Shown one piece after another: positions 29,495 through 39,178 of a DNA stretch of 64,000 nucleotides. The notes beneath the pieces were generated by a model that saw nothing but the letters and a program-made list of their open reading frames with translations, was not told where the DNA came from and ran no database searches. This DNA comes from an uncultured Armatimonadetes bacterium (GTDB taxonomy: Bacteria; Armatimonadota; UBA5829; DTJY01). A program made the translations under genes and the position numbers. Within the stretch, counting starts at the first letter, position 1. Each line of letters opens with the position of its first letter. The DNA lies in assembly GCA_963717145.1 (NCBI GenBank), contig OY970325.1, positions 4,832,001 through 4,896,000 of the forward strand. Reading direction: 5' to 3'.

Positions 29495-30466
29495 GTGATT
29501 TCCGTCCGAAAAAACGCCATCGTGCGCTCCTTTGCCAAGGTCAACCTGACTCTCGACATCCTGGGAACCCGGTCCGATGGATACCACGACCTCGAGAGCG
29601 TGATGCAGACCATCAGCCTGCACGACACCGTCCGCCTGAGTGTCGGAGAGGGCGACGGAATCCGGCTCGTGTGTGACATGCCGGGTATCCCGACGGACGA
29701 GCGCAATCTGGCGCACCGTGCCGCTTCTCTCCTTTTTGCGGCCACGGGGATCGCGCCCGGCCTCGACATCCGCATCGAGAAGCGGATTCCCGTCGAGGCG
29801 GGACTCGGTGGAGGGAGCAGCAACGCCGCCGCCGTGCTCATAGGCCTGGATCGTCTGCTGGGGCTAGCGACGCCCGTGGACGAGATGTGTGACCTGGCGG
29901 CGCAGATCGGTTCTGATGTGCCGTTCTTCCTGATCGGGGGAACGGCCTTTGTTTCGGGTCGAGGAGAGCGCGTTCGTCCGCTGCCGGACATCCCGCCGAT
30001 GTGGATGGTCATCGTGAAGCCGCCGTTCGGAGTCTCGACAGCCTGGTCGTACCGCCGGCTGGACGAAATACGGGCTACAAATGACCAGTCAACAGTGAAC
30101 AGTGAACGGAAGACGGCTTCACAGCGTATGGTAGAATGTATGCAGTCCGGCAAGCCGCAGTCTGCAGTCTGCGGTTCTCTATCCAACGATTTGGAGTTGC
30201 CGGCCATCGAGCAGCATCCCGAGATCGCCGAGATCAAGACAGCGTTGATCGGCTTCGGCGCGCAGGCGGCGCTCATGTGTGGGAGCGGCTCGGCGGTGTG
30301 CGGGCTCTTTGAAACCGAGGAACAGGCCGTGCTTTGTGGGAGGCGACTCCAGTCAGCGATGGCTTCTCCGGATCGCCGACCGGAGTCGCCTCCCACAAAG
30401 CACGGCGCGAACCAGGTCTTCGTCACGCGGACTATTACTCGCGGGGAGGCGCTCAGCATTGAATAG
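29495..30466 (+). CDS. ispE: 4-diphosphocytidyl-2-C-methyl-D-erythritol kinase
   Basis: AKVNLTLDILG.R.DGYHDL, KRIP..AGLGGGSSNAA, IGSDVPFF, M.GSGSAV. Confidence 0.93.
   Translation: MISVRKNAIVRSFAKVNLTLDILGTRSDGYHDLESVMQTISLHDTVRLSVGEGDGIRLVCDMPGIPTDERNLAHRAASLLFAATGIAPGLDIRIEKRIPVEAGLGGGSSNAAAVLIGLDRLLGLATPVDEMCDLAAQIGSDVPFFLIGGTAFVSGRGERVRPLPDIPPMWMVIVKPPFGVSTAWSYRRLDEIRATNDQSTVNSERKTASQRMVECMQSGKPQSAVCGSLSNDLELPAIEQHPEIAEIKTALIGFGAQAALMCGSGSAVCGLFETEEQAVLCGRRLQSAMASPDRRPESPPTKHGANQVFVTRTITRGEALSIE
30326..30406. repeat. REPIN-like palindrome inside the ispE reading frame
   Basis: GCCGTGCTTTGTGGGAGGCGACTCC...GGAGTCGCCTCCCACAAAGCACGGC, 25-bp perfect outer arms, 81 bp total. Confidence 0.85.
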
Positions 30467-31241
30467 CACGGACACCAGACTGCCGGCGATAGTTCTCGCG
30501 GGAGCGCCTGCTGATCCCGAGATGGCGGAGAAGTACTCCATCAAGAACCGGGCTGAGCTGCCGATCGCCGGGAAGACGATGATCCAGCATGTCGTTGACG
30601 CCCTTGGCGCTTCCCCGCAAGTTAGGGATATATACATTATTGGGAATATTGACTGCATGGGCGACGTGAAGCACGTCGAGCCGCGTGATACTCTGATAGA
30701 CAACCTGATCGCGGGTACGGAAGCCTGCTCCGACGCTGATCGCATCCTGGTCTGCACGTCGGACATCCCGGCGGTGACTGCTGGCGTGATCGACGATTTC
30801 ATCGGCCGGTGTACGGACCCTGATGTGGATTTCTTCTACCCGGTCGTGACCAGGGAGGACAGCGAGCGGCGGTTCCCCGGTGTGAAGCGGACCTACGCGA
30901 AGATGGCCGAGGGAACGTTCACCGGCGGGAACATCATGCTCTTCCGGCGGCGGTTCATGCTGGAGAACGGCGACACGATCCGCGAGGTCATACGGCAGCG
31001 GAAGAGTGTAACGAAGCTTGCGGGCCTGCTCGGCATTGGAGTGCTTGTGCGGATGGTCGTGGCCCAGACGATCTGGTCGGGTGCGATCCGCCTTTGTGAC
31101 CTCGAGCGGGTCGCCGGCCGCGTCATGAAGGGCCGGGTCAAGGCAGTGCCGACTCCATGCGCCGAGATCGCAGCGGATGTCGACCGGATGGACCACGTAG
31201 CTGATATGGAGCGATGCATGAAGCTCGATCTCAACATGTAG
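30459..31241 (+). CDS. MobA-like NTP transferase domain protein
   Basis: AIVLAG, I.GKTMI.HVV.AL, TSDIP, EGTFTGGN; TTG start overlaps the ispE end. Confidence 0.8.
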   Translation: MNSTDTRLPAIVLAGAPADPEMAEKYSIKNRAELPIAGKTMIQHVVDALGASPQVRDIYIIGNIDCMGDVKHVEPRDTLIDNLIAGTEACSDADRILVCTSDIPAVTAGVIDDFIGRCTDPDVDFFYPVVTREDSERRFPGVKRTYAKMAEGTFTGGNIMLFRRRFMLENGDTIREVIRQRKSVTKLAGLLGIGVLVRMVVAQTIWSGAIRLCDLERVAGRVMKGRVKAVPTPCAEIAADVDRMDHVADMERCMKLDLNM

Positions 31242-31302
31242 TGGCCGTGCCTCCGTGCCGGCCAGCGATGCAGCAAGGCCGGCACGGAGGCACGGCCACT
31301 AC
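31238..31302. repeat. REPIN-like inverted repeat, GTAGTGGCCGTG family (copy 2); its GTAG contains the upstream stop codon
   Basis: Arms identical to 23489-23553. Confidence 0.85.
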
Positions 31303-31320
31303 ATGCGGCAACATAAGCTG

Positions 31321-33228
31321 ATGAAGACATTGATCGAAAAGATTCATAGCCCGTCGGACCTCAAGGGGCTCACGGGCGAGCAACTCAGAAAGCTGGCCGA
31401 GGAGATTCGCGACACCATCGTGCAGACCGTCTCCAAGACCGGAGGCCACTTGGCGTCGAGCCTCGGGGCGGTCGATCTCACCATCGCCCTGCATGCGGTC
31501 TACGACTCACCGAAGGACAAGATTATCTGGGACGTCGGTCATCAGTCCTACGCCCACAAGATGCTGACCGGCAGATACGATTGCTTCGGTACCCTGCGCC
31601 AGTACGACGGCATCTGCGGCTTTCCACGTCGCGACGAGAGCTGTCACGACGCATTCGGCACCGGCCATTCGAGCACGTCGATCTCGGCAGCGCTCGGGTT
31701 CGCAAAGGCGCGTGACATCAGGGGCACGGATGAGGAGATCGTGGCGGTGATCGGTGACGGCGCGCTTACCGGCGGGCAGGCCCTGGAGGCGATGAACAAT
31801 GCCGGGCAGCTCGGCTCGAAGCTGGTCGTCATCCTCAACGACAACGAGATGTCGATCTCGCCGAATGTCGGGGCGCTGGCGATGCACCTCAGCAAGCTCC
31901 GTGCGCTTCCCTTGTACCGCAGAGTCGAGGACCGCGCGAAAAGTGTCGTCGAGAACCTGCCCGTCGGTGGAAAGACGCTCTCCCGAACGGCTGAGGGCAT
32001 CCTGCACGGCGTCACCCGCCTCATCGGCTCGCAGACCGGCGTCATCTTCGAGGAGATGGGCTTCACGTATCTCGGCCCGATCGATGGACATGATATCGCC
32101 CTCATGATGGAGATCCTGCGCGCCGTGAGGACCATGGACGAGCCGGTCGTGGTCCACGTCATCACGACCAAGGGCAAGGGTTACGAGCACGCGGAGAACG
32201 ACTCCCGCACGTTCCACGGGACGCCGCCCTTCGAGATCACGAACGGCGAGGCTGAGCCGAGTTCCGGCGGCCAGACGTTCACCGATGCCTTTGCCGATGC
32301 CCTGGTCGATCTCGCGGAGAAGGACGAGCGCATCGTTGGAATCACCGCCGCGATGCCGGATGGAACGGGGCTTACCAAATTCTCGGAGAGGTTCCCCGGG
32401 CGGTTCTTCGATGTCGGTATCGCCGAGCCGCACGCGGTCACTTTCGCAGCCGGGTTGGCCGCATCAGGCCTTAGGCCGGTAGTGGCAGTCTACTCAACTT
32501 TCCTTCAGCGCGCCTACGACCAGATCGTGCATGATGTCTGCCTGCAGAATCTGCCCGTGATCTTCGCCATCGACCGTGCCGGGCTCGTGGGCGAAGACGG
32601 CCCGACTCACCACGGGGTCTTCGACCTCTCCTATCTGCGCCATGTACCCAATCTGGTGCTCGCCGCACCGTCGGATGTCATCGAGCTGAGGGCGATGCTC
32701 GATCTGGCGGTCGCGCATCAGGGGCCCGTTGCGATTCGGTATCCACGCGGATCGAGCCCGATTCTGCCGAGCCATTCCGATATGAGCGGGCTCTCGATCG
32801 GCATGTCGGAGCTGCTGGCGGATGGCGAAGACGTCTGCATCCTTGCGGTCGGCTCGATGGTCCATCCGTCGCTCAAGGCATGCCGGATCCTGGCGGAATC
32901 GGGGGTCTCTGCGGCGCTGATCAACGCCAGGTTCGTGAAGCCGCTCGACTCAGAGGCCATCATCAGCGCCGCCCGGAAGTGCCGGCGACTGGTGCTCGTC
33001 GAGGAGAACTCGATCCACGGCGGGTTCGGCTCGGCGGTCATGGAGTTGCTCGCAGAGGCCGGAGTGAGCGGCGCAGAGGTTCGTCAGATCGGTCTGCCCG
33101 ACAAGTTCGCAGTCCACGGCAAGGTATCGATCCTCCGCGAACTCTACGGCCTCGATGCCGAGCACATCGCCGCAGTCGCCGCCGAACTGGTCGGCGCTCC
33201 AATAGCTGCTTCTTCCGAATCGGTCTGA
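31321..33228 (+). CDS. dxs: 1-deoxy-D-xylulose-5-phosphate synthase
   Basis: GGHLASSLG, WDVGHQ.YAHK, GHSSTSIS, GDGALTGG, YSTFLQRAYDQ, DGPTHHG. Confidence 0.97.
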   Translation: MKTLIEKIHSPSDLKGLTGEQLRKLAEEIRDTIVQTVSKTGGHLASSLGAVDLTIALHAVYDSPKDKIIWDVGHQSYAHKMLTGRYDCFGTLRQYDGICGFPRRDESCHDAFGTGHSSTSISAALGFAKARDIRGTDEEIVAVIGDGALTGGQALEAMNNAGQLGSKLVVILNDNEMSISPNVGALAMHLSKLRALPLYRRVEDRAKSVVENLPVGGKTLSRTAEGILHGVTRLIGSQTGVIFEEMGFTYLGPIDGHDIALMMEILRAVRTMDEPVVVHVITTKGKGYEHAENDSRTFHGTPPFEITNGEAEPSSGGQTFTDAFADALVDLAEKDERIVGITAAMPDGTGLTKFSERFPGRFFDVGIAEPHAVTFAAGLAASGLRPVVAVYSTFLQRAYDQIVHDVCLQNLPVIFAIDRAGLVGEDGPTHHGVFDLSYLRHVPNLVLAAPSDVIELRAMLDLAVAHQGPVAIRYPRGSSPILPSHSDMSGLSIGMSELLADGEDVCILAVGSMVHPSLKACRILAESGVSAALINARFVKPLDSEAIISAARKCRRLVLVEENSIHGGFGSAVMELLAEAGVSGAEVRQIGLPDKFAVHGKVSILRELYGLDAEHIAAVAAELVGAPIAASSESV

Positions 33229-33267
33229 AATCCGCATGTGGTATAATGCTGGCAGAGGTGAAATCCC

Positions 33268-33504
33268 ATGGCCATAAGAATCCGCGCCCACTATGACGGC
33301 AAGACGATAGTTCCTGATGAGCCGATCGATGTACCGGTCGATCAGACGTTTGAGGCCGATCTGTATCTTGAGTCGAAAGAGCATGAAAACGATTTCGAGC
33401 GCAGGCGGGCTGCACTGCACAGAATAGCTGCGCGAGGCGTTCGCGGTGTTAGCATCCCGCTTGAGGCCCTTCGCAGAGAGAATCTGTATGAGGATCGTGG
33501 ATGA
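33268..33504 (+). CDS. Putative antitoxin (DUF104/AF2212-like)
   Basis: IRAHYDGKTIVPDEP N-terminus, LRRENLYED C-terminus; ATGA-coupled to the PIN gene; TGnTATAAT and RBS upstream. Confidence 0.7.
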   Translation: MAIRIRAHYDGKTIVPDEPIDVPVDQTFEADLYLESKEHENDFERRRAALHRIAARGVRGVSIPLEALRRENLYEDRG

Positions 33505-33953
33505 GGCTGCTTGCCGATACCAATATCCTGCTCCGATGGATAGAGAGCGACGATCCCGAACATGGATTGTGTGTCCAGGCAGTCGATGCCCTGCTCCGTC
33601 AGAAGGTCGATGTCTGCGTTTGCGCACAGGTGTTGGTGGAGTTCTGGGTTGTCGCGACACGACCTGTTGCCGTGAATGGCCTGGGGCTGACGGCAAGTCA
33701 GGCACGAGCCCGACTCGCCGAGACCGAGGAGACATTCAGCTTACTTCAGGAGCCATCGGATATAGCGAGACGATGGATCGACCTTGTGACTGCCCATTCG
33801 GTGCTGGGCAAGCAGGCACATGACGCCCGACTTGTGGCGCTCATGGCCGCTCATGATATCACCGAGCTTCTGACATTCAACGCTGCTGACTTCACTCGCT
33901 ATCCCGAAGTCACCCCCGTCACCCCGGCTGACGTGTTGAACCGCACTGCTTGA
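33501..33953 (+). CDS. vapC: PIN-domain VapC toxin
   Basis: LADTNIL, Q.L.EF..V.TRP...NGLG, HDARLVA, TFN..DF. Confidence 0.85.
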   Translation: MRLLADTNILLRWIESDDPEHGLCVQAVDALLRQKVDVCVCAQVLVEFWVVATRPVAVNGLGLTASQARARLAETEETFSLLQEPSDIARRWIDLVTAHSVLGKQAHDARLVALMAAHDITELLTFNAADFTRYPEVTPVTPADVLNRTA

Positions 33954-35550
33954 AGAGATCCACCAACTGCTCCGCCGTCACGAACACGTACTCGTTTCCA
34001 CATTTGTCCACCGCAGACTTGATCACCGACGGGCTGTAGGTCCAACTCAAAGCCATGATGCTGAGGAACCCGGGCCGTGTCGTCGGCGTTGATGCCCGGA
34101 TCTGTGCGGCCAGATACTCCGCCGGGTCGCCCTCAACGAGCCATCGGTTGAGCGTGTGGAATACCGGCGCGCGACCGGAATAGTGGTTCGCCCGGGTCAC
34201 ATCCAGTCCATCGAGCCTGCCGAAATCGGCCAGGATCGCCCGCAGTCCGGGAATGCCGTCCACGTACCGCTTGAACACCTTGCTGTCTTCATACTGGGGT
34301 CTCGCATGCCACGCGTCGGTATGCAGGGACACCATGTCCAGGTCGAGCCGCTTCATGCCGTCGGCGGTCTGATTCATGAACGCCCGCCAGACCTTCTCCG
34401 GATCGGCTACCTTCATGGCGTAGGCATGTGGCATCATATAGCCCACGCCGGACATCGAGCAGAAGAAGTAGTCGTTCGGTGTGGCGTGCTCGTAGTGCCA
34501 CTGAAGCACGTCCGGAAGCAGATCAGCGGTCGCCGGGCCGAGGCACCAGTTCATCGGGAACTTGCCCCGGTTCTCGTCCTGCCAGTGCTTGTACTGAACG
34601 CGCTGCCAGTACCAGGGCGCATCACCCGACTCGAACTGTGTGAGCATGACGTAGACCTTCGACCGATCGAGCTTCAGCCTGGGTGCGTGCTTTTGCCTGA
34701 ACACCTGCGCCGGCACGCGGACGCCGCTGTGCACCGATGCATTGCTCATCCAGTCGCTGACGATCGTGTACTTCGCCGACTCGCCGCCCAGGACCAGTCC
34801 CTGATACTCGGAGATGCCTGCCGCGTGCTCACCGGCGTACCAGAAGCCCAGGACGGGGATGTTGGTCGGCCACTTTGCGAGCGCCGCCCGAATGACCTGC
34901 ATCTCATCATCACTCGCGCCGCGCCGACCCTTGTCGTCCTTGCCGGCGGTCCAGAAGGTGAATATCCTGTGCTGGATCAGGTAGTCCCTGAGCCATGCGC
35001 CACCCGCATAGGGTTCGAGCGAACAGAGCGCGGCTTGGCTCAGCTTCGGGTAGAGGCTCTCGAGCGCCCAGGTGTACGCTTCGGTGTTCTTCTTCCACTT
35101 CCCGCGGAGGTCATGCGTGATCTCGAGCCCCGCACGTTCGGCGATCTCCGGGGTGCAGACCGCAACCTTGTGGACTCCCGAGAGCATGGTGGCAACGTTC
35201 ACGCTCGCGGCCAGATCGGGATCGATGATGACCGCTCCCTTGATTTCGTACCTGAAGAGCCTGGGGAGCGACCATGCATCGACCGGGCGAACGGTCCTGA
35301 TGTAGTTCTTCTCCCTGAGGTAGTCGAGCCAGAACTCATCCTGGCCGGCCTCCTGGCGCAGGAGATAGATGCGTGGCTTGCGCTGTGCGGTGATGCCCTG
35401 GATCGAGCTGAAGAAGATCTGCTCCTGGATGGTCATGCCGCGGGTATCGGCGACATAGAGGGTTCCAGAGGGTGCTACGCCTCTGGGGCAGATGGCGGCC
35501 TTGGATGCCGATGCGCCGACGATCAGGAGGGCGCAGAGAAGTCGTATCAT
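33919..35550 (-). CDS. GxGYxYP-domain putative glycoside hydrolase, secreted
   Basis: SIQGI...PRIY, ESGD, RGKFPMNW, SGVGYMMP. Confidence 0.8.
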   Translation of the reverse strand: MIRLLCALLIVGASASKAAICPRGVAPSGTLYVADTRGMTIQEQIFFSSIQGITAQRKPRIYLLRQEAGQDEFWLDYLREKNYIRTVRPVDAWSLPRLFRYEIKGAVIIDPDLAASVNVATMLSGVHKVAVCTPEIAERAGLEITHDLRGKWKKNTEAYTWALESLYPKLSQAALCSLEPYAGGAWLRDYLIQHRIFTFWTAGKDDKGRRGASDDEMQVIRAALAKWPTNIPVLGFWYAGEHAAGISEYQGLVLGGESAKYTIVSDWMSNASVHSGVRVPAQVFRQKHAPRLKLDRSKVYVMLTQFESGDAPWYWQRVQYKHWQDENRGKFPMNWCLGPATADLLPDVLQWHYEHATPNDYFFCSMSGVGYMMPHAYAMKVADPEKVWRAFMNQTADGMKRLDLDMVSLHTDAWHARPQYEDSKVFKRYVDGIPGLRAILADFGRLDGLDVTRANHYSGRAPVFHTLNRWLVEGDPAEYLAAQIRASTPTTRPGFLSIMALSWTYSPSVIKSAVDKCGNEYVFVTAEQLVDLFKQCGSTRQPG

Positions 35551-35556
35551 GGGGCG

Positions 35557-35585
35557 ATCATAGCATCGACAGAGATGAGAGTCAA
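35557..35585 (-). promoter_or_regulatory. sigma70 promoter (leaderless) for the GxGYxYP gene
   Basis: TTGACT-17-TATGAT with extended TG; ATG 6 nt downstream. Confidence 0.6.
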
Positions 35586-35595
35586 TGCTGGCAGT

Positions 35596-36834
35596 CTACC
35601 AGTGCTCGGTGGGGAACACGAAGAGGTCCTTGCCGTGAGCTACCCGGATGAGTGGGTAGTGCTTCCCGGCTGGCTTGAAGAGAGACGCCGAGCCGCTGAG
35701 CCTCACCAGTTCACCCTCCTGCCTGTTGCCGATCTCTCCGACCACGCAGACTCCCGGCGATTCCATCCCGCTGTGTCGGCCGAAGCCGTCGTCCACCGTC
35801 ATCCATGAGTAATCGGCAGCCACAGCCGTGACCCTTCCGGTGATCCTCACATCGAGGCCGATGTTGTTCAGGCCGGTGCTCTCGGCGCATCCGACCTGCA
35901 TGCCGCTCGTCGCTCCGCCTCCCACTGCGCGGGTCGTCATGCCCAGCGGACTCGGAGCCGTGTCGGGGACCTGGCTGATGATCTGGAGCAGGTTGACGAC
36001 CCTCTCGCCGTCAGGATTGATGGCAAGAGTGCCGTAGAGGCTGATGGCCCGATCCCTGTAGCCTCCCAGTCCGCACACCGCGATCCCCGCAGACCGATCA
36101 GCCGTCTCGACATTGAACCGGTCAGAATGCTCGCGAGTGACGATCACGCCCGAGAGTAGGACATCTGTCCCAGATGCCGCTGACTTCGCATGTGCCACAT
36201 CATGTTCACGGGCCTCAGTGCACCAGATAACATCATCGATGTTGAAGCTGAAGACCGCTGCCGGATCGTTGTCCGAGAACAACTGCGCCTCCGTGAAGGG
36301 CACTTCCGACGCTATGCCGAGGAAGTAGACATCGTTGCCGTGTCCCAGCGAACTGAGCGGACTGGTGGCGCTGAGGGCTTCGGGCACGGGAACGTTGATG
36401 CGCATCCGCCAGAACGGGATCGCCGGAACGCCGGTCGGGCTCGGATTGCCTATCAGGTATAGCCCGAATGCATAGACAGGTCGAGAGAACGTGAAGGTCA
36501 CCGTGTCGCTGTTCCCGGCCAGGAACTGGTTGTCGGTCTGCGCCCCGAGTGAGTTCGGGGAGCTGTGAGGAGCGAACAGATTGGCGGCGATCGGCGTCAA
36601 ATGTTGCCAGCTTGCTCCATCAGAGGCAAGGCCGTCCGCCAGGATCGATGTGATCCCGCGAATGGACGAATCGGCTCCCGCGGCGAGGTCATCGAAGCTG
36701 ATAGTGTACTGGACATTGAACTCCCCGGTGTCGTGCCGGAACTCCTCGGGGTCGGTATATCCCGCCCGCCCGTACGCGAGGCCGAGCAGTGAAGCGAAGA
36801 ATATCAGAGTCAGTGCGATCGATCGGCATGCCAT
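35596..36834 (-). CDS. Secreted protein: beta-sandwich plus C-terminal OB-like module
   Basis: Signal peptide; ISFDDL...FTFSRPVYAFG...FLGI...FNIDDV; C-terminal DRSAGI.V, PLGM...VGG, GLNNIGLDVRITGRV, VDDG; AGGAGG RBS. Confidence 0.7.
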   Translation of the reverse strand: MACRSIALTLIFFASLLGLAYGRAGYTDPEEFRHDTGEFNVQYTISFDDLAAGADSSIRGITSILADGLASDGASWQHLTPIAANLFAPHSSPNSLGAQTDNQFLAGNSDTVTFTFSRPVYAFGLYLIGNPSPTGVPAIPFWRMRINVPVPEALSATSPLSSLGHGNDVYFLGIASEVPFTEAQLFSDNDPAAVFSFNIDDVIWCTEAREHDVAHAKSAASGTDVLLSGVIVTREHSDRFNVETADRSAGIAVCGLGGYRDRAISLYGTLAINPDGERVVNLLQIISQVPDTAPSPLGMTTRAVGGGATSGMQVGCAESTGLNNIGLDVRITGRVTAVAADYSWMTVDDGFGRHSGMESPGVCVVGEIGNRQEGELVRLSGSASLFKPAGKHYPLIRVAHGKDLFVFPTEHW

Positions 36835-36850
36835 GTCGGGCCTCCTACGG

Positions 36851-37699
36851 TCAGTTCACAAGGTAGGCGAAGCTGTCCTGATAGACCGTGACAGTGGATC
36901 CGATGCTGTTGAGAATAGTTATGATGCAGATATCACCGTAGACGGGACAGGTGATAGGCATGGTGTTGGCCGACCAATTGACTGTTTTTGCGATCAGGTA
37001 GGCGCCTGACGGTGCGCGGAAGGAGATGCACGCCGTGAGACTTGCGGAAGCTGTATTCGCAACCAGGAGGAGTCTCACCTCATTGTAGCCGGCGCAGTCA
37101 ATCAGTGGTGACGTTCTACTACTACCCGTCGGTATCGATTGATCTGCAGCCCATAGCTGAACCGCTTTGTGCTTCGTGGGAGTATCCACCGCATTGGTTG
37201 TGGCGTCTATCTTCACCGTCGGCGAGTTCGACACGCTGACGCTGGGCGTGTTCGAGACAGTCACGCTCGGCGCGTTGGCGATGTTGACGTTGGGAGTGCC
37301 GTTGATCCCGACGTTCCACGGGCCGCTCTGGGCGACGGCGGGAGTACCGGTCAGTACGACGCTCCATGTGCCGCTCTGCGCCGCCTTCACGGTATTGGTG
37401 GTGGCATCTATCTTCACGGTATTGGTTGTCCCATCGATCTTGACAGTGTTGGTCGTGCCGTCGATCTTCACGGTCGGGCTGTTGGCGACGTTGAAGTTCG
37501 GGGTCCCCATGATGTTCACGTACCAGGCGTCCTTTTGGGTGGCCTGGACGATATTGTTGCCGCTTTCTATGCCCACCAACGGCTTGTTCGTGACCTCGAC
37601 CGGCGTGGTTCGAGATACGGCCCACAGTGGGGTGGCTCCGACCGCCGAAAGAATCGCAAGGCAAGCGATAAGTCGCATATGACGCTCGATGTTATGCAC
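36851..37699 (-). CDS. Secreted low-complexity beta-repeat protein
   Basis: Signal peptide; tandem TVKID(G/A)TTN and N.P.V.V repeats; AGGAGAGG RBS before GTG. Confidence 0.7.
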   Translation of the reverse strand: MHNIERHMRLIACLAILSAVGATPLWAVSRTTPVEVTNKPLVGIESGNNIVQATQKDAWYVNIMGTPNFNVANSPTVKIDGTTNTVKIDGTTNTVKIDATTNTVKAAQSGTWSVVLTGTPAVAQSGPWNVGINGTPNVNIANAPSVTVSNTPSVSVSNSPTVKIDATTNAVDTPTKHKAVQLWAADQSIPTGSSRTSPLIDCAGYNEVRLLLVANTASASLTACISFRAPSGAYLIAKTVNWSANTMPITCPVYGDICIITILNSIGSTVTVYQDSFAYLVN

Positions 37700-37751
37700 G
37701 TTCCTCTCCTGATGTGTGACGTGAGGCGCACGGATATTACGGACTCAGCGG

Positions 37752-37767
37752 TGCAAGAAACATGCCA
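37752..37767 (-). promoter_or_regulatory. Putative sigma54 (-24/-12) promoter
   Basis: TGGCATGTTTCTTGCA matches TGGCAC-N5-TTGCA with correct spacing, ~50 nt upstream of the start. Confidence 0.55.
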
Positions 37768-37891
37768 ACCATGTGAAAGTTTGAACAAACCGGCATTCTC
37801 ACCGGGTAGCGTCTTCGGAGTTTTGGCAGACAGGAAACTTCCCGCGTGGTGTCCAACGGTAGCATGACATCTCAACGAAGGAGACATCACC

Positions 37892-39178
37892 GTGGGCAAT
37901 CTGAGAGCAGGTATCGCACGAGCAGTCACCACCCCGCCGGAGGGCATCGACCTCTGCGGATATGCGGGCCGCATTCCCGGCAATGTCGGCGTCCATGACG
38001 ACCTCCAGGCGAAGGCGATCGTCCTCGAAGACGGCAAGACCAGGGCCGCGATCGTCACCATCGATGTCGTCGGCCTCAACGACCAGCAGGTCGCCTGGAT
38101 TCGACAGGAGGCGTCCGACAAGACCGGCATCCCGGAGGAGAACATCCTCGTCGGCGCATCGCACACTCACGCAGGACCGGCCTCCCAGACGATTCGAGCG
38201 TGCGGTAATGCCGTCGAAGGCTACGTCGGCAGCCTCCTGCGCTGGATCGTCGAGGTCATCGACGCCGCGTCGGAGAACCTCAGGCCGGTGAAGTTCGGGT
38301 TCGGCTCGGGGCAGTCGACCATGGCGATCAACCGCCGCCACTCGTCCGGGTCAGCGATCGATCTCGGCGAGAACCCCGAGGGCGCCGTGGACAGCGAGGT
38401 CGGTGTCTGGCACTTCACCGACGAGAGCGGCAAGCCGTTCGCGACCATCTTCAACTATGCGTGCCATGCGGTCGTCATGGGCGGCGACAACCGGCTCGTC
38501 TCGGCGGACTGGCCGGGCGTGACCCAGCGGCTGATCGAGGAGCGGGTCGGCGGCCAGGCGATGTTCCTCCAGGGCTGCTGCGGGAACACCAACCCTCGAT
38601 ATCGTGGCACATTCGAGGAGGTCGAGCGGGCAGGGGGCGAGGTCGCTGAGGCGGTGATCGGCGCGATACCGGGCATCAAGCTCACGGACGACGCCGAGAT
38701 CAGCATTGCGTCTGAGACTGTCGATCTCCCGCTCGAACCGCCGATGAGCCTGGAGGAAGCCGAGAAGACGATGCGCGACGCCGCGGAGAAGCTGGCCCAG
38801 GACATTCCGCTCTGGGAACAGCATATCGAGCAGGCGTATCACGACTGGGCCGAGATCATCATCGCTCGCGACGGCAAGGGCGACGAGAGCGTCCCGTTCG
38901 AGATTCAGCGCTTCACCCTCGATGGCGCGCACCTCGTGGGTCTTCCCGGCGAGGTCTTCGTCGACTATGCGCTCGCCATGAAGAAGATGCGCCCCAACGT
39001 GATGGTCTCCGGCTACACGAACGGCAATGTCGGCTACGTCCCGGCGAAGTACGCCTTCGCGGAGGGCGGCTACGAGGTCGATCTCGCGTATAAGCTCTAC
39101 GCCGAGCAGATGTTCAAGCCCGAGATCGAGGATGTCATCCTCGACGCGAGCGCGAGGCTGCTGGGGAAACACGAATAG
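37892..39178 (+). CDS. Neutral/alkaline ceramidase-like amidohydrolase
   Basis: TPP.G..L.GY, HDDL.AKA, SHTHAGP, NYACHA, SADWPG, QGCCGN, PGEVF, GYVP...F.EGGYEV. Confidence 0.8.
   Translation: MGNLRAGIARAVTTPPEGIDLCGYAGRIPGNVGVHDDLQAKAIVLEDGKTRAAIVTIDVVGLNDQQVAWIRQEASDKTGIPEENILVGASHTHAGPASQTIRACGNAVEGYVGSLLRWIVEVIDAASENLRPVKFGFGSGQSTMAINRRHSSGSAIDLGENPEGAVDSEVGVWHFTDESGKPFATIFNYACHAVVMGGDNRLVSADWPGVTQRLIEERVGGQAMFLQGCCGNTNPRYRGTFEEVERAGGEVAEAVIGAIPGIKLTDDAEISIASETVDLPLEPPMSLEEAEKTMRDAAEKLAQDIPLWEQHIEQAYHDWAEIIIARDGKGDESVPFEIQRFTLDGAHLVGLPGEVFVDYALAMKKMRPNVMVSGYTNGNVGYVPAKYAFAEGGYEVDLAYKLYAEQMFKPEIEDVILDASARLLGKHE

Noticed and set aside
33919-33953. 35-nt convergent overlap of vapC and the GxGYxYP gene as antisense regulation
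   Set aside because: Short 3' overlaps are common and there is no further support
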